A DNA stretch of 64,000 nt. Origin: Gammaproteobacteria bacterium. Lineage in GTDB: Bacteria > Pseudomonadota > Gammaproteobacteria > UBA4575. Under the pieces are notes generated by a model. That model was not told the DNA's origin. It did not search any database and worked only from the letters and a program-made list of their open reading frames with translations. Shown here piece after piece: positions 31,926 through 41,477 of the stretch. Made by a program: the position numbers and the translations under genes. Position 1 is the stretch's first letter, and the number at the start of each line of letters is the position of its first letter. The DNA lies in NCBI GenBank assembly GCA_965243395.1, contig CBDEUS010000001.1, forward strand, positions 160,001 through 224,000. The letters are read 5' to 3'.

Positions 31926-32471
31926 ATGAAAACTCAACGATACATTACATTATTAATAATAGCGTTATTCACTTTTGGGTCTAGTGTGCATGCTGGTTCT
32001 GTACACAAGTGGGTTGATGAAAAAGGCATCACTCATTATTCGGATTATGTGCCAAATGATATCCATAGCACCGCAGAAAGAATTGAAATTCATAGCAAGT
32101 ATGAAACATCCGTTGATCAAGATGATTATTACTCGATAATCAACCAATGGACACGCATGCGTGAAGAACGACTCGAACGCAAGAAATTACAACTTGAGAA
32201 AGCTAAACAAAAGATGGCGCTAAAACAGGCTCAAGCAGCAGCTGTTCCACAAGTTGTATATGTCGGTGAACAAGAAGAGCGCAGTAACCGCTATTATCCA
32301 GTCTATCCCTATCGATTTGGTTTTAAACATCACAATAAATTTGCGAGTAAAAAATTGGGTGGGCACAAATTAAATGGTTTCAGAAATACTAATAGAGGAT
32401 CAATTTGTAAAATCCCTAGGAGCGGCAAATCACGTTATGGTGGTTCGGGTTTAACGCTTAGTATTCGTTAA
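31926..32471 (+). CDS. DUF4124-like secreted protein
   Basis: Signal peptide (VHA-G) followed by VHKWVDEKGITHYSD.P. Confidence 0.75.
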   Translation: MKTQRYITLLIIALFTFGSSVHAGSVHKWVDEKGITHYSDYVPNDIHSTAERIEIHSKYETSVDQDDYYSIINQWTRMREERLERKKLQLEKAKQKMALKQAQAAAVPQVVYVGEQEERSNRYYPVYPYRFGFKHHNKFASKKLGGHKLNGFRNTNRGSICKIPRSGKSRYGGSGLTLSIR

Positions 32472-32578
32472 GAGGCAATTTTACCTTTGTGCATTAAATA
32501 GTCTTGCATTGCGTGTTCTGCTTTAGCAGAATTCTTCCTCCAAAATTTAAAACATGTCATCAATAATAAAATCAAATC

Positions 32579-33772
32579 ATGGCAGATGCTGCATTTCATT
32601 TATCTGAAGAGTTTATCCGCGAAGACTTAGATTATTATTTTTCGGGCGAACGAGATAAAAATAATCAAATTCGTCCTGATGATAATATTTACAGTATGAC
32701 GCCGACGGCGCCACATTTAAGCTTGAGTTTGGATGATGAAAAAGTAGGCAACTTTTTTTATCCCACTCTTCCTAACCTTTTAGACCGCATATACATAGGT
32801 ATAAGTATCCCATTGTTTGCAAGCAATTGGGGCGCATCTTTTTTACTTGAATTATTGAAAGTTGTTAAGCCAGGAGGGGTTGTAATTTTACCGGTATACC
32901 CTGAAGGTCAGGCACAAGAGAAAGGCTACTGGTCGAGAAGTTTTTTAGAGAACATCTTTTTAAGCCGCCAACGTTGGACCGGTTTTAGTAATGTGCGAGC
33001 AGAGAATGATGGTGTGATGTCTCTTGGTGTAGGTCGTAAATGGCCAAAAGCAATTCCAAGTACTGCCCAATGGTTTTACCAACAACGTGCAAATCTCGTA
33101 TTTGAAAAGTTACTACAAACGGGAAGTCGAGATGAAATTGCCAAAATCTATTCTGATATGGCTTTGAGGGTCTGGGCCAACTACACCCATAGTTCAGTTG
33201 TTGAGCGAATCATTTTAGATCATTTTGGCGCAAAGACAGCGGTTTCCGTGAACAGTGTTAGCAATGATTATGGTCTATTAGTAACGGATTTATTATTGAG
33301 TCCTTATATTAATGTTGCTCAAGGCAACACAAACCATGTAGCGGTGGTAGATGAAGTTGTCACTCAAAGCTTTACTAGTTATTTTCTGCCCCACACGGGT
33401 AACCAGCATAAGATAAAGTTTGAATTATTAAACGATGTTGTATTAGACAATAATTCGGACGTCGTTTGCTTAGTTCATTGTTTGAGCAGCTTAAATGAAG
33501 ATCAGCAAATTAGCTTAATTGATAAAGTATGGACCAAACTGAACCCCAATGGTTTATTGATTTTGCATGATGCTATGCCCGCAGGTTGGCAACAGCATAA
33601 ATTGCGCCAAAAAATAGCAGATTTGGGTCAGATGACTACATATTCTTCTATTGTGGCTTCAAAAATTGAAGATAGTGTAGAAATTAGCCACTATTCAACA
33701 ATTCAGGAAGGAAAATTACGAGAAGAAAAGCAACAGCAGACAGCTGTTTTTAAAGTTATCCAAAAAATTTAA
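32579..33772 (+). CDS. Hypothetical protein with two degenerate class I methyltransferase-like modules
   Basis: LLELLKVVKPGGVVIL and LIDKVWTKLNPNGLLILHD motifs; no clear GxGxG. Confidence 0.6.
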   Translation: MADAAFHLSEEFIREDLDYYFSGERDKNNQIRPDDNIYSMTPTAPHLSLSLDDEKVGNFFYPTLPNLLDRIYIGISIPLFASNWGASFLLELLKVVKPGGVVILPVYPEGQAQEKGYWSRSFLENIFLSRQRWTGFSNVRAENDGVMSLGVGRKWPKAIPSTAQWFYQQRANLVFEKLLQTGSRDEIAKIYSDMALRVWANYTHSSVVERIILDHFGAKTAVSVNSVSNDYGLLVTDLLLSPYINVAQGNTNHVAVVDEVVTQSFTSYFLPHTGNQHKIKFELLNDVVLDNNSDVVCLVHCLSSLNEDQQISLIDKVWTKLNPNGLLILHDAMPAGWQQHKLRQKIADLGQMTTYSSIVASKIEDSVEISHYSTIQEGKLREEKQQQTAVFKVIQKI

Positions 33773-33775
33773 TGC

Positions 33776-34030
33776 CTATTCCCAAAAATACAAATAATAT
33801 GCATATGCAATTACACTAATTGAAACCAGCAATATTAAAATATTTTTACATAGGGTTTTAATTATATCGCTATCTGTATTAATTCCACGAACGAGTTTGC
33901 TTAAATCGTGTTGAATAAGGTTAACACTTACTATAGCGGGTAGTATCGCCAGTAGGGCAGCGATGATCCAGCCGAAAGAGTAATGCGGTGAATTTATCAA
34001 CATTTCTAAGAAAGTCTTAATCGCTTCCAT
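33776..34030 (-). CDS. Small two-TM membrane protein
   Basis: Two hydrophobic stretches; non-overlapping ORF. Confidence 0.5.
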   Translation of the reverse strand: MEAIKTFLEMLINSPHYSFGWIIAALLAILPAIVSVNLIQHDLSKLVRGINTDSDIIKTLCKNILILLVSISVIAYAYYLYFWE

Positions 34031-34201
34031 GATGCTGCGTTATATTTCTGTAACTTGAGCCTGTAAAATCGGCTTTAGTATGAAAATCGACATTTCATAG
34101 CATTATTTCACGCTTCAGTCGGAGTAATTGCATGGTTGCCGACCATTATGACTAGCATAGGTGTATTATTGAAATATAAATAATATGCGTGGAGGCACGA
34201 T

Positions 34202-34651
34202 ATGGGAATGCGAAAATTAAGAGACAAGGTATCGACACCTGCCACCATTATTGGAAAAGATTTTGTAATTAATGGTGATGTAAAAGGCTCTGGTTCAATT
34301 GTAATCAGTGGTAATGTCAAAGGTAATGGTGACATAGACGGGCTTGTAGAGCTGGTTTCAACCGCAGTATGGGAAGGTAACATCCACACGGATGATGTAA
34401 TTATAGGCGGTACAGTACGTGGTGATGTTTTTGCCCGTGGTAAACTAGAGATTACTGGAAGTGCTAGAATCTTTGGTAATGTCAGCGGTACTAGTGTCTC
34501 AGTGGCGCAAGGTGCGATGATTGACGGTACAATGAAAATTCATGATGGTAGTGGTCTAGTGGGCCAAACTGACACAGATAGTGCTAAATCTTCTTCAAAC
34601 GAATCTAAAGACAACCTTAATAAATCATTCGAAGAAGCCACTTCTTTCTAA
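34202..34651 (+). CDS. Bactofilin (polymer-forming cytoskeletal protein)
   Basis: TIIG...INGDV..G.I.ISGNVKG beta-helix repeats; GGAGG RBS. Confidence 0.88.
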   Translation: MGMRKLRDKVSTPATIIGKDFVINGDVKGSGSIVISGNVKGNGDIDGLVELVSTAVWEGNIHTDDVIIGGTVRGDVFARGKLEITGSARIFGNVSGTSVSVAQGAMIDGTMKIHDGSGLVGQTDTDSAKSSSNESKDNLNKSFEEATSF

Positions 34652-34685
34652 TTCCTATTCAAATAATTTTGCGCAGCTAAACATA

Positions 34686-36662
34686 TTGCTGCGCAAGTAT
34701 TTTCCTAAATTCAAGCTAAATTTATTAGTTCTTATATGTAGAACAGTATTGCTTATTATATTGACGATGGCGGTAAGCCATGCAAATCCGGGTTGGGAAG
34801 AAGAGAGAGACATATATCAACAAGCACGAAAAGCACTCTTCAAAAAACAAATTAACCAATTTCATCAGTATTCTTCTCAGTTAATTGAATATCCTTTACA
34901 TCAATATTTGCAATATGAGGAATTAAAATTACGTTTCTCTAATGTTACCAATCAAGAGATTGATGAATTTTTACAAAAAAATAATGATGGGCCACTAGCA
35001 GAACGATTGCGTGTTGCTTGGTTATATCAATTGCAAAGAAAAGGGCGCTACGAAAGTTTTCTAAAGTATTACCAAGATGATAAAGCGGCCGAACTACAGT
35101 GTTATTTTTTGCGTGCAAAGATACGACATGGCCAGTTCGAAACAAATAAAAAGCAATACTTAAATCAAGTTCGCGATTTATGGGTAGTAGGAAAATCCCA
35201 GCCCAAGCAATGTGATCCTTTATTCAGCTGGTTTGAGAAGCAGGGCTATTTAACTACTGAGCTGGTTTGGGAACGCATTTCCTTGGCAATGGATCATAAC
35301 CGTTCGAGCCTGGCGAAGTACCTTACTAAAAAATTACCATCTAGCGAACAACCGCAAGCCAAGCTTTGGTTAGAGGTTCATCGTGATCCTCAAAATAAAT
35401 TACGTTCTAAAAATCTAAAAAAAGATAATCACATAAACAGACAAATTGTGCGTCATGGATTAGAGCGCTTAGCAAGAAAAGATTTAACTCTGGCCCATGA
35501 ATTCTGGTTAGCTACCCAAGATAATTATGCATTTGGTTCGGACTTGCATGATGAGGTAGAAAGAAGGTTAGCCTTGCGAGCCGCCTATAGGCATGACGAT
35601 CGTGCAACTACGTGGATGTATCAGTTGCCTAAAGACTTGATTGATCCTTCAACAAGTTTGTGGCGTGCACGTTCAGCAATTCGCAGTCTTGACTGGGATT
35701 TAGTGCTTCGTGGCATTGCCATGTTGAATGAGCAAGAGAAAGAAGAGCCTCAATGGCAATATTGGAAGGCGCGTGCGTTAGCTGAAAAAGGACTTCAGTC
35801 TGATGCAAATATTTTGTATGAAAAGATAGCTGGAGAAAGAAGTTATTATGGGTTTTTAGCCGCAGACAAATTATCTAAGCCATATAATATTTTTGATATT
35901 CCAGTGCAATTTAATCAAACTGAGCTTGAAAAGATTGCGCAAACACCAAGCATTATTCGTGCGAGCGAATTATTGTTAGTAGATCAAATCACGGATGCCC
36001 GTAGAGAATGGAATTATGCAACCCAAAATTATTCTCAACGTGAATATCAAACTGCTGCATACTTAGCCCATCAGTGGCAATGGCATGATTATGCGATTCG
36101 AACAATAGCGAAAGGTGGTTACTTTGATGACCTAAGCATACGTTTTCCCACACCTTTTACGGGCCTAGTTACAAAATATGCCACTAAGAGAAATTTAGAG
36201 CCCGCTTTTATATTCGGGATCATAAGACGAGAGAGTGCTTTTAATCCGCAAGCACGTTCGCCTGTAGGGGCTCGGGGCTTAATGCAATTAATGCCTGCTA
36301 CAGCGAAGCAAGTATCAAAAACCCTCAAGTTGAAAGCACCCACTCGTTACGACTTATATACACCTGGCTTTAATATAAATTTAGGTAGTCGATATATCAC
36401 TGATATGTTGAGTAAATTCAACGGCCACAGGGCGCTTGCTTCAGCAGCATATAACGCGGGTCCTCATCGTGTGAATGCTTGGTTGCCAGAAAATAATACT
36501 TTGCCTGCGGATGTATGGGTGGACACCATTCCGTTTACCGAAACACGTGAATATGTGCGAGCAATTCTGGCATACACTGCCTTGTTTGAGTGGAAATTAG
36601 ACCAGAACCCGACACGCTTAAGCGTGCATTTACAACCAGTCGTTCCTAACCCTGATTCATAA
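34686..36662 (+). CDS. slt: Soluble lytic murein transglycosylase (Slt70-like)
   Basis: C-terminal IIRRESAFNP, GARGLMQLMP, AAYNAGP, IPFTETREYV; N-terminal helical region. Start uncertain; TTG 34686 keeps the signal peptide. Confidence 0.9.
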   Translation: MLRKYFPKFKLNLLVLICRTVLLIILTMAVSHANPGWEEERDIYQQARKALFKKQINQFHQYSSQLIEYPLHQYLQYEELKLRFSNVTNQEIDEFLQKNNDGPLAERLRVAWLYQLQRKGRYESFLKYYQDDKAAELQCYFLRAKIRHGQFETNKKQYLNQVRDLWVVGKSQPKQCDPLFSWFEKQGYLTTELVWERISLAMDHNRSSLAKYLTKKLPSSEQPQAKLWLEVHRDPQNKLRSKNLKKDNHINRQIVRHGLERLARKDLTLAHEFWLATQDNYAFGSDLHDEVERRLALRAAYRHDDRATTWMYQLPKDLIDPSTSLWRARSAIRSLDWDLVLRGIAMLNEQEKEEPQWQYWKARALAEKGLQSDANILYEKIAGERSYYGFLAADKLSKPYNIFDIPVQFNQTELEKIAQTPSIIRASELLLVDQITDARREWNYATQNYSQREYQTAAYLAHQWQWHDYAIRTIAKGGYFDDLSIRFPTPFTGLVTKYATKRNLEPAFIFGIIRRESAFNPQARSPVGARGLMQLMPATAKQVSKTLKLKAPTRYDLYTPGFNINLGSRYITDMLSKFNGHRALASAAYNAGPHRVNAWLPENNTLPADVWVDTIPFTETREYVRAILAYTALFEWKLDQNPTRLSVHLQPVVPNPDS

Positions 36663-36740
36663 TTTACTGAATCTGCGTGTTAAATTTTCAGTTCACATTT
36701 TTATTCAATTTTGACCATGACAAAAGGGCAAAAAAAACGG

Positions 36741-36756
36741 ATCAGTGGTCACTGAT
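36741..36756. promoter_or_regulatory. Perfect inverted repeat, possible operator of the cytochrome lipoprotein gene
   Basis: ATCAGTG-gt-CACTGAT in the roughly 290-bp intergenic region. Confidence 0.35.
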
Positions 36757-36954
36757 TAATTATTAAATATTACTTTAGGTAACTATTATAGATAACACGT
36801 ATTTTGGTCATGAATGCTTGGCCTCTTTATCGTTTTTTTTAAGAGAGGGAAATTAACAAAGATATAGTTATTTTCTAAATTTACATTAAGCGCTAGATAG
36901 GATTTCTATCGCTTAGATGTAACAAACAAATTGATTTCAATTGGAGTTGGAACA

Positions 36955-39180
36955 ATGAACGGCATACTAAAAAGTATCGCATTAGTTGCGGTCGTCTCGT
37001 TTTTTTTAAGCGCTTGTGGTGGTGAGTCTTCAGGCGAAAGTTCGGGAACTATGAGCACAGGCAGTGGCCTTAGCGGAGCTCTTCTATCGGATGCAGGGCA
37101 ACGCGGATTAGCTATTTTCCAAGACTCTCAATACGGATGTGTGAGTTGTCATGGTGCTCTAGGGCAGGGAACTAACGCGGGTGGACCAATAGACAATACA
37201 ACAGATTGTCCTTCATGTGTTGATCTTGCAACATTAACTAATTACAACGAATTACTAATGCCTGCATCACCTTTTCAACCAGGTGCTTGTGTAGGTGCAT
37301 GTGCAAGTGATGTATCACAGTTTATTATTGAAGGCTTGATACAAGGCCGAGCTTTACCGGGTGCGAACAACACTCCTGCAATTTTAGTAAATCCAACTTC
37401 GGGTCTAGTGACATCAGAAGCCGGTGGTACGGCCTCCTTTACAGTCACATTAAATTCTTTGCCTACAGATAATGTAGATATCACCTTAACTAGTAGTAAT
37501 ACTGCTGAGGGAACGGTTGCTCCAACAGCACTTACATTCACTAATGCGAATTGGAATGTACCGCAAACTGTTATGGTTACCGGCCAAGATGATGCAGTAC
37601 TGGATGGCGATATTGCTTATACAATAATGACAACTGCAGCCAGTGTTGATGCAAATTATGCAGCAATTGATCCAGCAGATGTTTCAGTTACAAATACTGA
37701 TAATGAAGTACCTCCTCCAGGCGTGATTACAGTGAATCCAACTTCTGGTCTTGTAACAACCGAGGACGGTGGTACCGCAACGTTCACTATAGTGCTTGGT
37801 ACACAACCTAGCGCAAATGTAAGCATTGGTTTAACTAGCAGCAATGCGGCCGAGGGTACGGTTTCGCCTGCATCCGTTGTGTTTACAAACGCTAACTATA
37901 ATGTTGCACAAACCATTACAGTAACGGGTGTAGATGATGCTGCGGCTCCTGCTGTGGATGGCAATATTGCATACAGTATTGTTACTGCTGCTGCGGTCAG
38001 TGCAGATCCATCTTACAGTGGATTAAATGCATCTGATGTATCCGTGACAAATAATGATAATGATGTGCAACCTGTGATTGCGCAGTTTACTGCTGACCCG
38101 GTATCCAATGCTGGTGCACCGATTCCTTATGCAGGAATGGTGACATTGAATTGGATGTCTGATGGTGATAGCTGTACTGCAGGTGGCGCAAACGCTGGCG
38201 GTCAATGGACGGGTGCCGTGTTAGCCAGTGGAATGCAGACTTTGACTAATTTAACGACTTCGGGTGTGAACACATTTACGTTGACTTGTACAAAGGGTGG
38301 AATTGATTCTGCGATATCAACAGTAGACGTAACTGTTGCGGCTGCACCAGGTGCGCCAGTTGTTACCTTAACCTCAGACCAAGTAGCCGGAACAATGCTA
38401 GCGTATAACGGAACCGCAACGTTAACTTGGACGTCAACAGGTGCAGTTGGAACTTGTACTGCAAGTTCTACTCCTGCAAATGCAGCATGGACAGGTGCTA
38501 AAGCATTAAACGGTAATGAAGCAATAAATAATCTTACTGTTGATACTACCTTTAATTTAACGTGTGTAAATTCAATAGGTACGCCAACTACTGTAAGTAC
38601 TTCTGTAGATGTAGTAGATGTAAATCCAGCTTTAACATTTACAGTTAATGGTGCTGCAAGTGCCACGATCATTAAGGGAGATTCAGTAACCCTTGCATGG
38701 AATCCGACTGATTTGGCTTCTTGTACTGCAAGTGCTGTACCTGCAAATGCAGCGTGGACGGGAGCTAAAGGAGCTACTTTGGCAACTTATAATGAAGTGA
38801 TTGCAAATGTTCAAGATTCAACAACTTTCACCCTTACATGTGTTGGAGTTAATGGTGCTAATGTTGTTCAATCGGTAACAGTTACAGCTAATCCTGATCC
38901 AGAGCTTGCAATTGGTCAGATGAATTACGATGCACAATGCGCGCTTTGTCACGGCGCTGATGGAACTGGTACAGCTGTCTTCTATCCATTGCCAATCGGG
39001 CCAAACATGTGTAGTAATAATGTTGCAGGACCAGTTCCTCCAATGCAGGAAGTTTGTAGTGATCAAGCAACATTAGAGGCTTATATAGGTGTTTATATGC
39101 CTAATCAGCTTTTCCCATGTAATGGCGATTGTGCTAGAACAACAGCTAAGTACATATTAAATAATTTCTCTGTAAATTAG
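36955..39180 (+). CDS. Lipoprotein with N- and C-terminal monohaem c-type cytochrome domains separated by five Ig-like/Calx-beta-like repeats
   Basis: GGAG RBS and ATG 36955; lipobox LSA-C; CVSCH (37138-37152) and CALCH (38938-38952); two ~115-aa and three ~90-aa Thr/Val-rich repeats. Confidence 0.85.
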   Translation: MNGILKSIALVAVVSFFLSACGGESSGESSGTMSTGSGLSGALLSDAGQRGLAIFQDSQYGCVSCHGALGQGTNAGGPIDNTTDCPSCVDLATLTNYNELLMPASPFQPGACVGACASDVSQFIIEGLIQGRALPGANNTPAILVNPTSGLVTSEAGGTASFTVTLNSLPTDNVDITLTSSNTAEGTVAPTALTFTNANWNVPQTVMVTGQDDAVLDGDIAYTIMTTAASVDANYAAIDPADVSVTNTDNEVPPPGVITVNPTSGLVTTEDGGTATFTIVLGTQPSANVSIGLTSSNAAEGTVSPASVVFTNANYNVAQTITVTGVDDAAAPAVDGNIAYSIVTAAAVSADPSYSGLNASDVSVTNNDNDVQPVIAQFTADPVSNAGAPIPYAGMVTLNWMSDGDSCTAGGANAGGQWTGAVLASGMQTLTNLTTSGVNTFTLTCTKGGIDSAISTVDVTVAAAPGAPVVTLTSDQVAGTMLAYNGTATLTWTSTGAVGTCTASSTPANAAWTGAKALNGNEAINNLTVDTTFNLTCVNSIGTPTTVSTSVDVVDVNPALTFTVNGAASATIIKGDSVTLAWNPTDLASCTASAVPANAAWTGAKGATLATYNEVIANVQDSTTFTLTCVGVNGANVVQSVTVTANPDPELAIGQMNYDAQCALCHGADGTGTAVFYPLPIGPNMCSNNVAGPVPPMQEVCSDQATLEAYIGVYMPNQLFPCNGDCARTTAKYILNNFSVN
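37390..38890 (+). repeat. Intragenic tandem domain repeats (2 x 345 nt; 3 x ~270-280 nt)
   Basis: AATCCAACTTC recurs at 37390 and 37735; TGTACTGCA recurs at 38173, 38455 and 38722, with the ANAAWTGAK peptide duplicated. Confidence 0.85.
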
Positions 39181-39197
39181 AGAATTGGGACTTCCTT

Positions 39198-39233
39198 AAA
39201 ACCTACTGCGTCTATGATGCAGTAGGTTTTTTT
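39198..39233 (+). terminator. Rho-independent terminator, probably bidirectional
   Basis: AAAACCTACTGCGTC-tat-GATGCAGTAGGTTTT plus T run, between convergent genes. Confidence 0.85.
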
Positions 39234-40203
39234 ATTTTTGCAGATTTTGAACGATCCGCTGATCAATCCAGTTGGAGTTAAATATCCCATTAAGATAACC
39301 ACAGTGCCCACCATATCGTGTGAGGTGGATATTCAAATATTTTGACGCATAAAGATCTTGATGATCATGCGGAGGGATTACAGGATCATCCTTCACAATA
39401 TAAACATCACTCTCAATACTTAGAGAGGCCAGGCGATCTCCTGTGATTGAATAACCTTTTAAATATTTTTCGACTGAATCGAATTCAGTATATTGCAGCA
39501 ATAAATGTTCCGTCATATCTGTCAGCGAGTTTTGCTGATAAATTGTTTTTAAATCAAAATCATCAGGGAAAAGTTTGTGTTTTTTTCTCAACATGCTTTT
39601 CCAGCGCTGCAAATAATATTGTGTGTAAATCCGCGGCATTGATTTTGTTTCATCTAATGCGTTGGCTGCATTCATGACAGGACAAATGGAAATTATTTTT
39701 TTGATACTTAAATTATATTCTTTTGCTTCAGCACCAATGCGTAGTGCAAAGTTTCCGCCAAGGGAAAACCCAACAATATAAAAAGCAGAGTGGGGCACTT
39801 GATTTTGAATGGCAGAGGTTGCTTCTAAAACTTCTGTCAGCCTGCACGAGTGAAACAAATCTTTATTTAAGTGTTGCGTTCCGCCATGGTCTCTAAAATT
39901 TAAACGAGCTACATTAAAGCCACTTGCATAGAGCTGACTTGCAAGTGGCAATAAATATAACGATTCTGCACAGCCCAACCAACCATGTAGTATTAAAACC
40001 AAGGGGCTATTTACAGAATTGCTTTGAGTATTAAAAAGTCCTTGCAGGCGTATACCATCTGACAAAGATAAAATCTTTGGTTGGCTGTGTTTGCAAAATG
40101 TTTTGCTTACATACCAAGCATACGATTTGCGCAACGCAGATGCTGCAACAACAGTATTTATATGGCCGTTACGAAATAATCGAGGAGGAAGGTATTCCGC
40201 CAC
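39232..40203 (-). CDS. YheT-like alpha/beta hydrolase
   Basis: LHGWLG, RLNFRDHG, GFSLGGN nucleophile, DDPVIP, GGHCGY; GTG start overlaps the metY TAG. Confidence 0.85.
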   Translation of the reverse strand: MAEYLPPRLFRNGHINTVVAASALRKSYAWYVSKTFCKHSQPKILSLSDGIRLQGLFNTQSNSVNSPLVLILHGWLGCAESLYLLPLASQLYASGFNVARLNFRDHGGTQHLNKDLFHSCRLTEVLEATSAIQNQVPHSAFYIVGFSLGGNFALRIGAEAKEYNLSIKKIISICPVMNAANALDETKSMPRIYTQYYLQRWKSMLRKKHKLFPDDFDLKTIYQQNSLTDMTEHLLLQYTEFDSVEKYLKGYSITGDRLASLSIESDVYIVKDDPVIPPHDHQDLYASKYLNIHLTRYGGHCGYLNGIFNSNWIDQRIVQNLQK

Positions 40204-41477
40204 TACTTTGCTTTATTTAATGCTTGTTCAATATCTGCCAATATATCATCAATATGCTCAATACCTATGGAAAGTCGCACCAGGTCTTCACTTACGCCAG
40301 CAGCAGCCTGTTCTTCTTTTGATAATTGTCGATGCGTAGTTGTAGCAGGATGACATGCTAATGATTTTGCATCACCGATATTCACTAAACGCACTATAAG
40401 TTCAAGCGCATCAATGAATTTTGTACCTGCTTCAAGTCCGCCTTTAATACCAAAACTTAAAATTCCTGAAGCACGTCCACCAAAATATTTTTGTGCAAGC
40501 TGATGGTCTTCATGCGAAGGTAATCCAGCATAACTTACCCAATTAACCAATTCGTGTTTTTCTAAATATTTGGCAACCGCTGTGGCATTTTCGCAATGTC
40601 GATCCATGCGCACTGGAAGGCTTTCTATACCTTGAAGAATAATAAAACTGTTCATTGGAGAAATAGCTGAACCCATGTTACGCAACGGAACAACACGAAC
40701 TCGCCCAATGAATGCTGCATTACCAAATGCCTCTGTGTACACAATGCCGTGATAAGAAGGGTCAGGTTCATTGAAGACAGCAAAACGCTTTTTATGCTTT
40801 TCCCAAGGAAAATTTCCCGAATCAACTACTACACCGCCAATGGAAGTGCCGTGTCCTCCCATGTATTTAGTTAAAGAGTGAATACAAATATCTGCACCAA
40901 ATTCAAAGGGTCTGCACAAGTAGGGTGTGGGTACTGTGTTATCGACCATTACGGGAACCCCAGCTTGATGAGCAATATTGGTTAAAGCCTCAAGATCAAT
41001 AACATTACCTGCTGGGTTCCCTAAGGATTCACAAAATACGGCTTTGGTATTTTCATCTATCGCTGCTGCCATAGCATCCATATCACGATAATCAACAAAT
41101 CGAACCTCAATCCCCAGCTTAGGTAAAGTGTGTGCAAAGAAGTTATATGTCCCACCATATAAAGTGGCTACCGAAACGATATTGTCTCCTTGTTCAGCTA
41201 AGGCAAAAATTGCATAAGAGATTGCAGCCATGCCGGATGACAGGCCTAGAGCACCTACACCCCCCTCCATCGCGGCGATACGTTGTTCTAATACCGCTGT
41301 TGTAGGGTTCATAATGCGTGTGTAGATATTACCTTCAACTTTTAAGTCAAATAAATCTGCCCCATGTTGTGTGTTATCAAATGCATACGAAGTGGTTTGA
41401 TAAATGGGTACCGCAACAGCTTTTGTAGTGGGGTCAGGTGAATAACCCGCATGTATGGCTTGAGTTTCAATTTTCAT
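40203..41477 (-). CDS. metY: O-acetylhomoserine aminocarboxypropyltransferase (sulfhydrylase)
   Basis: PIYQTTSY, IYTRIMNPT, HSLTKYMGGHG (PLP Lys), NIGDAKSLACHPA motifs. Confidence 0.93.
   Translation of the reverse strand: MKIETQAIHAGYSPDPTTKAVAVPIYQTTSYAFDNTQHGADLFDLKVEGNIYTRIMNPTTAVLEQRIAAMEGGVGALGLSSGMAAISYAIFALAEQGDNIVSVATLYGGTYNFFAHTLPKLGIEVRFVDYRDMDAMAAAIDENTKAVFCESLGNPAGNVIDLEALTNIAHQAGVPVMVDNTVPTPYLCRPFEFGADICIHSLTKYMGGHGTSIGGVVVDSGNFPWEKHKKRFAVFNEPDPSYHGIVYTEAFGNAAFIGRVRVVPLRNMGSAISPMNSFIILQGIESLPVRMDRHCENATAVAKYLEKHELVNWVSYAGLPSHEDHQLAQKYFGGRASGILSFGIKGGLEAGTKFIDALELIVRLVNIGDAKSLACHPATTTHRQLSKEEQAAAGVSEDLVRLSIGIEHIDDILADIEQALNKAK

Noticed and set aside
32520-32533. 14-nt match GCTTTAGCAGAATT to the SAM-II 3' segment (41667-41680)
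   Set aside because: No P1 stem or GAUUU element nearby; it is part of a small local hairpin and probably coincidental.
37390-38890. Recurrent DNA motifs as a possible CRISPR or non-coding repeat array
   Set aside because: The repeats are in-frame, degenerate at third codon positions and hundreds of nt apart, so they are protein domain duplications.
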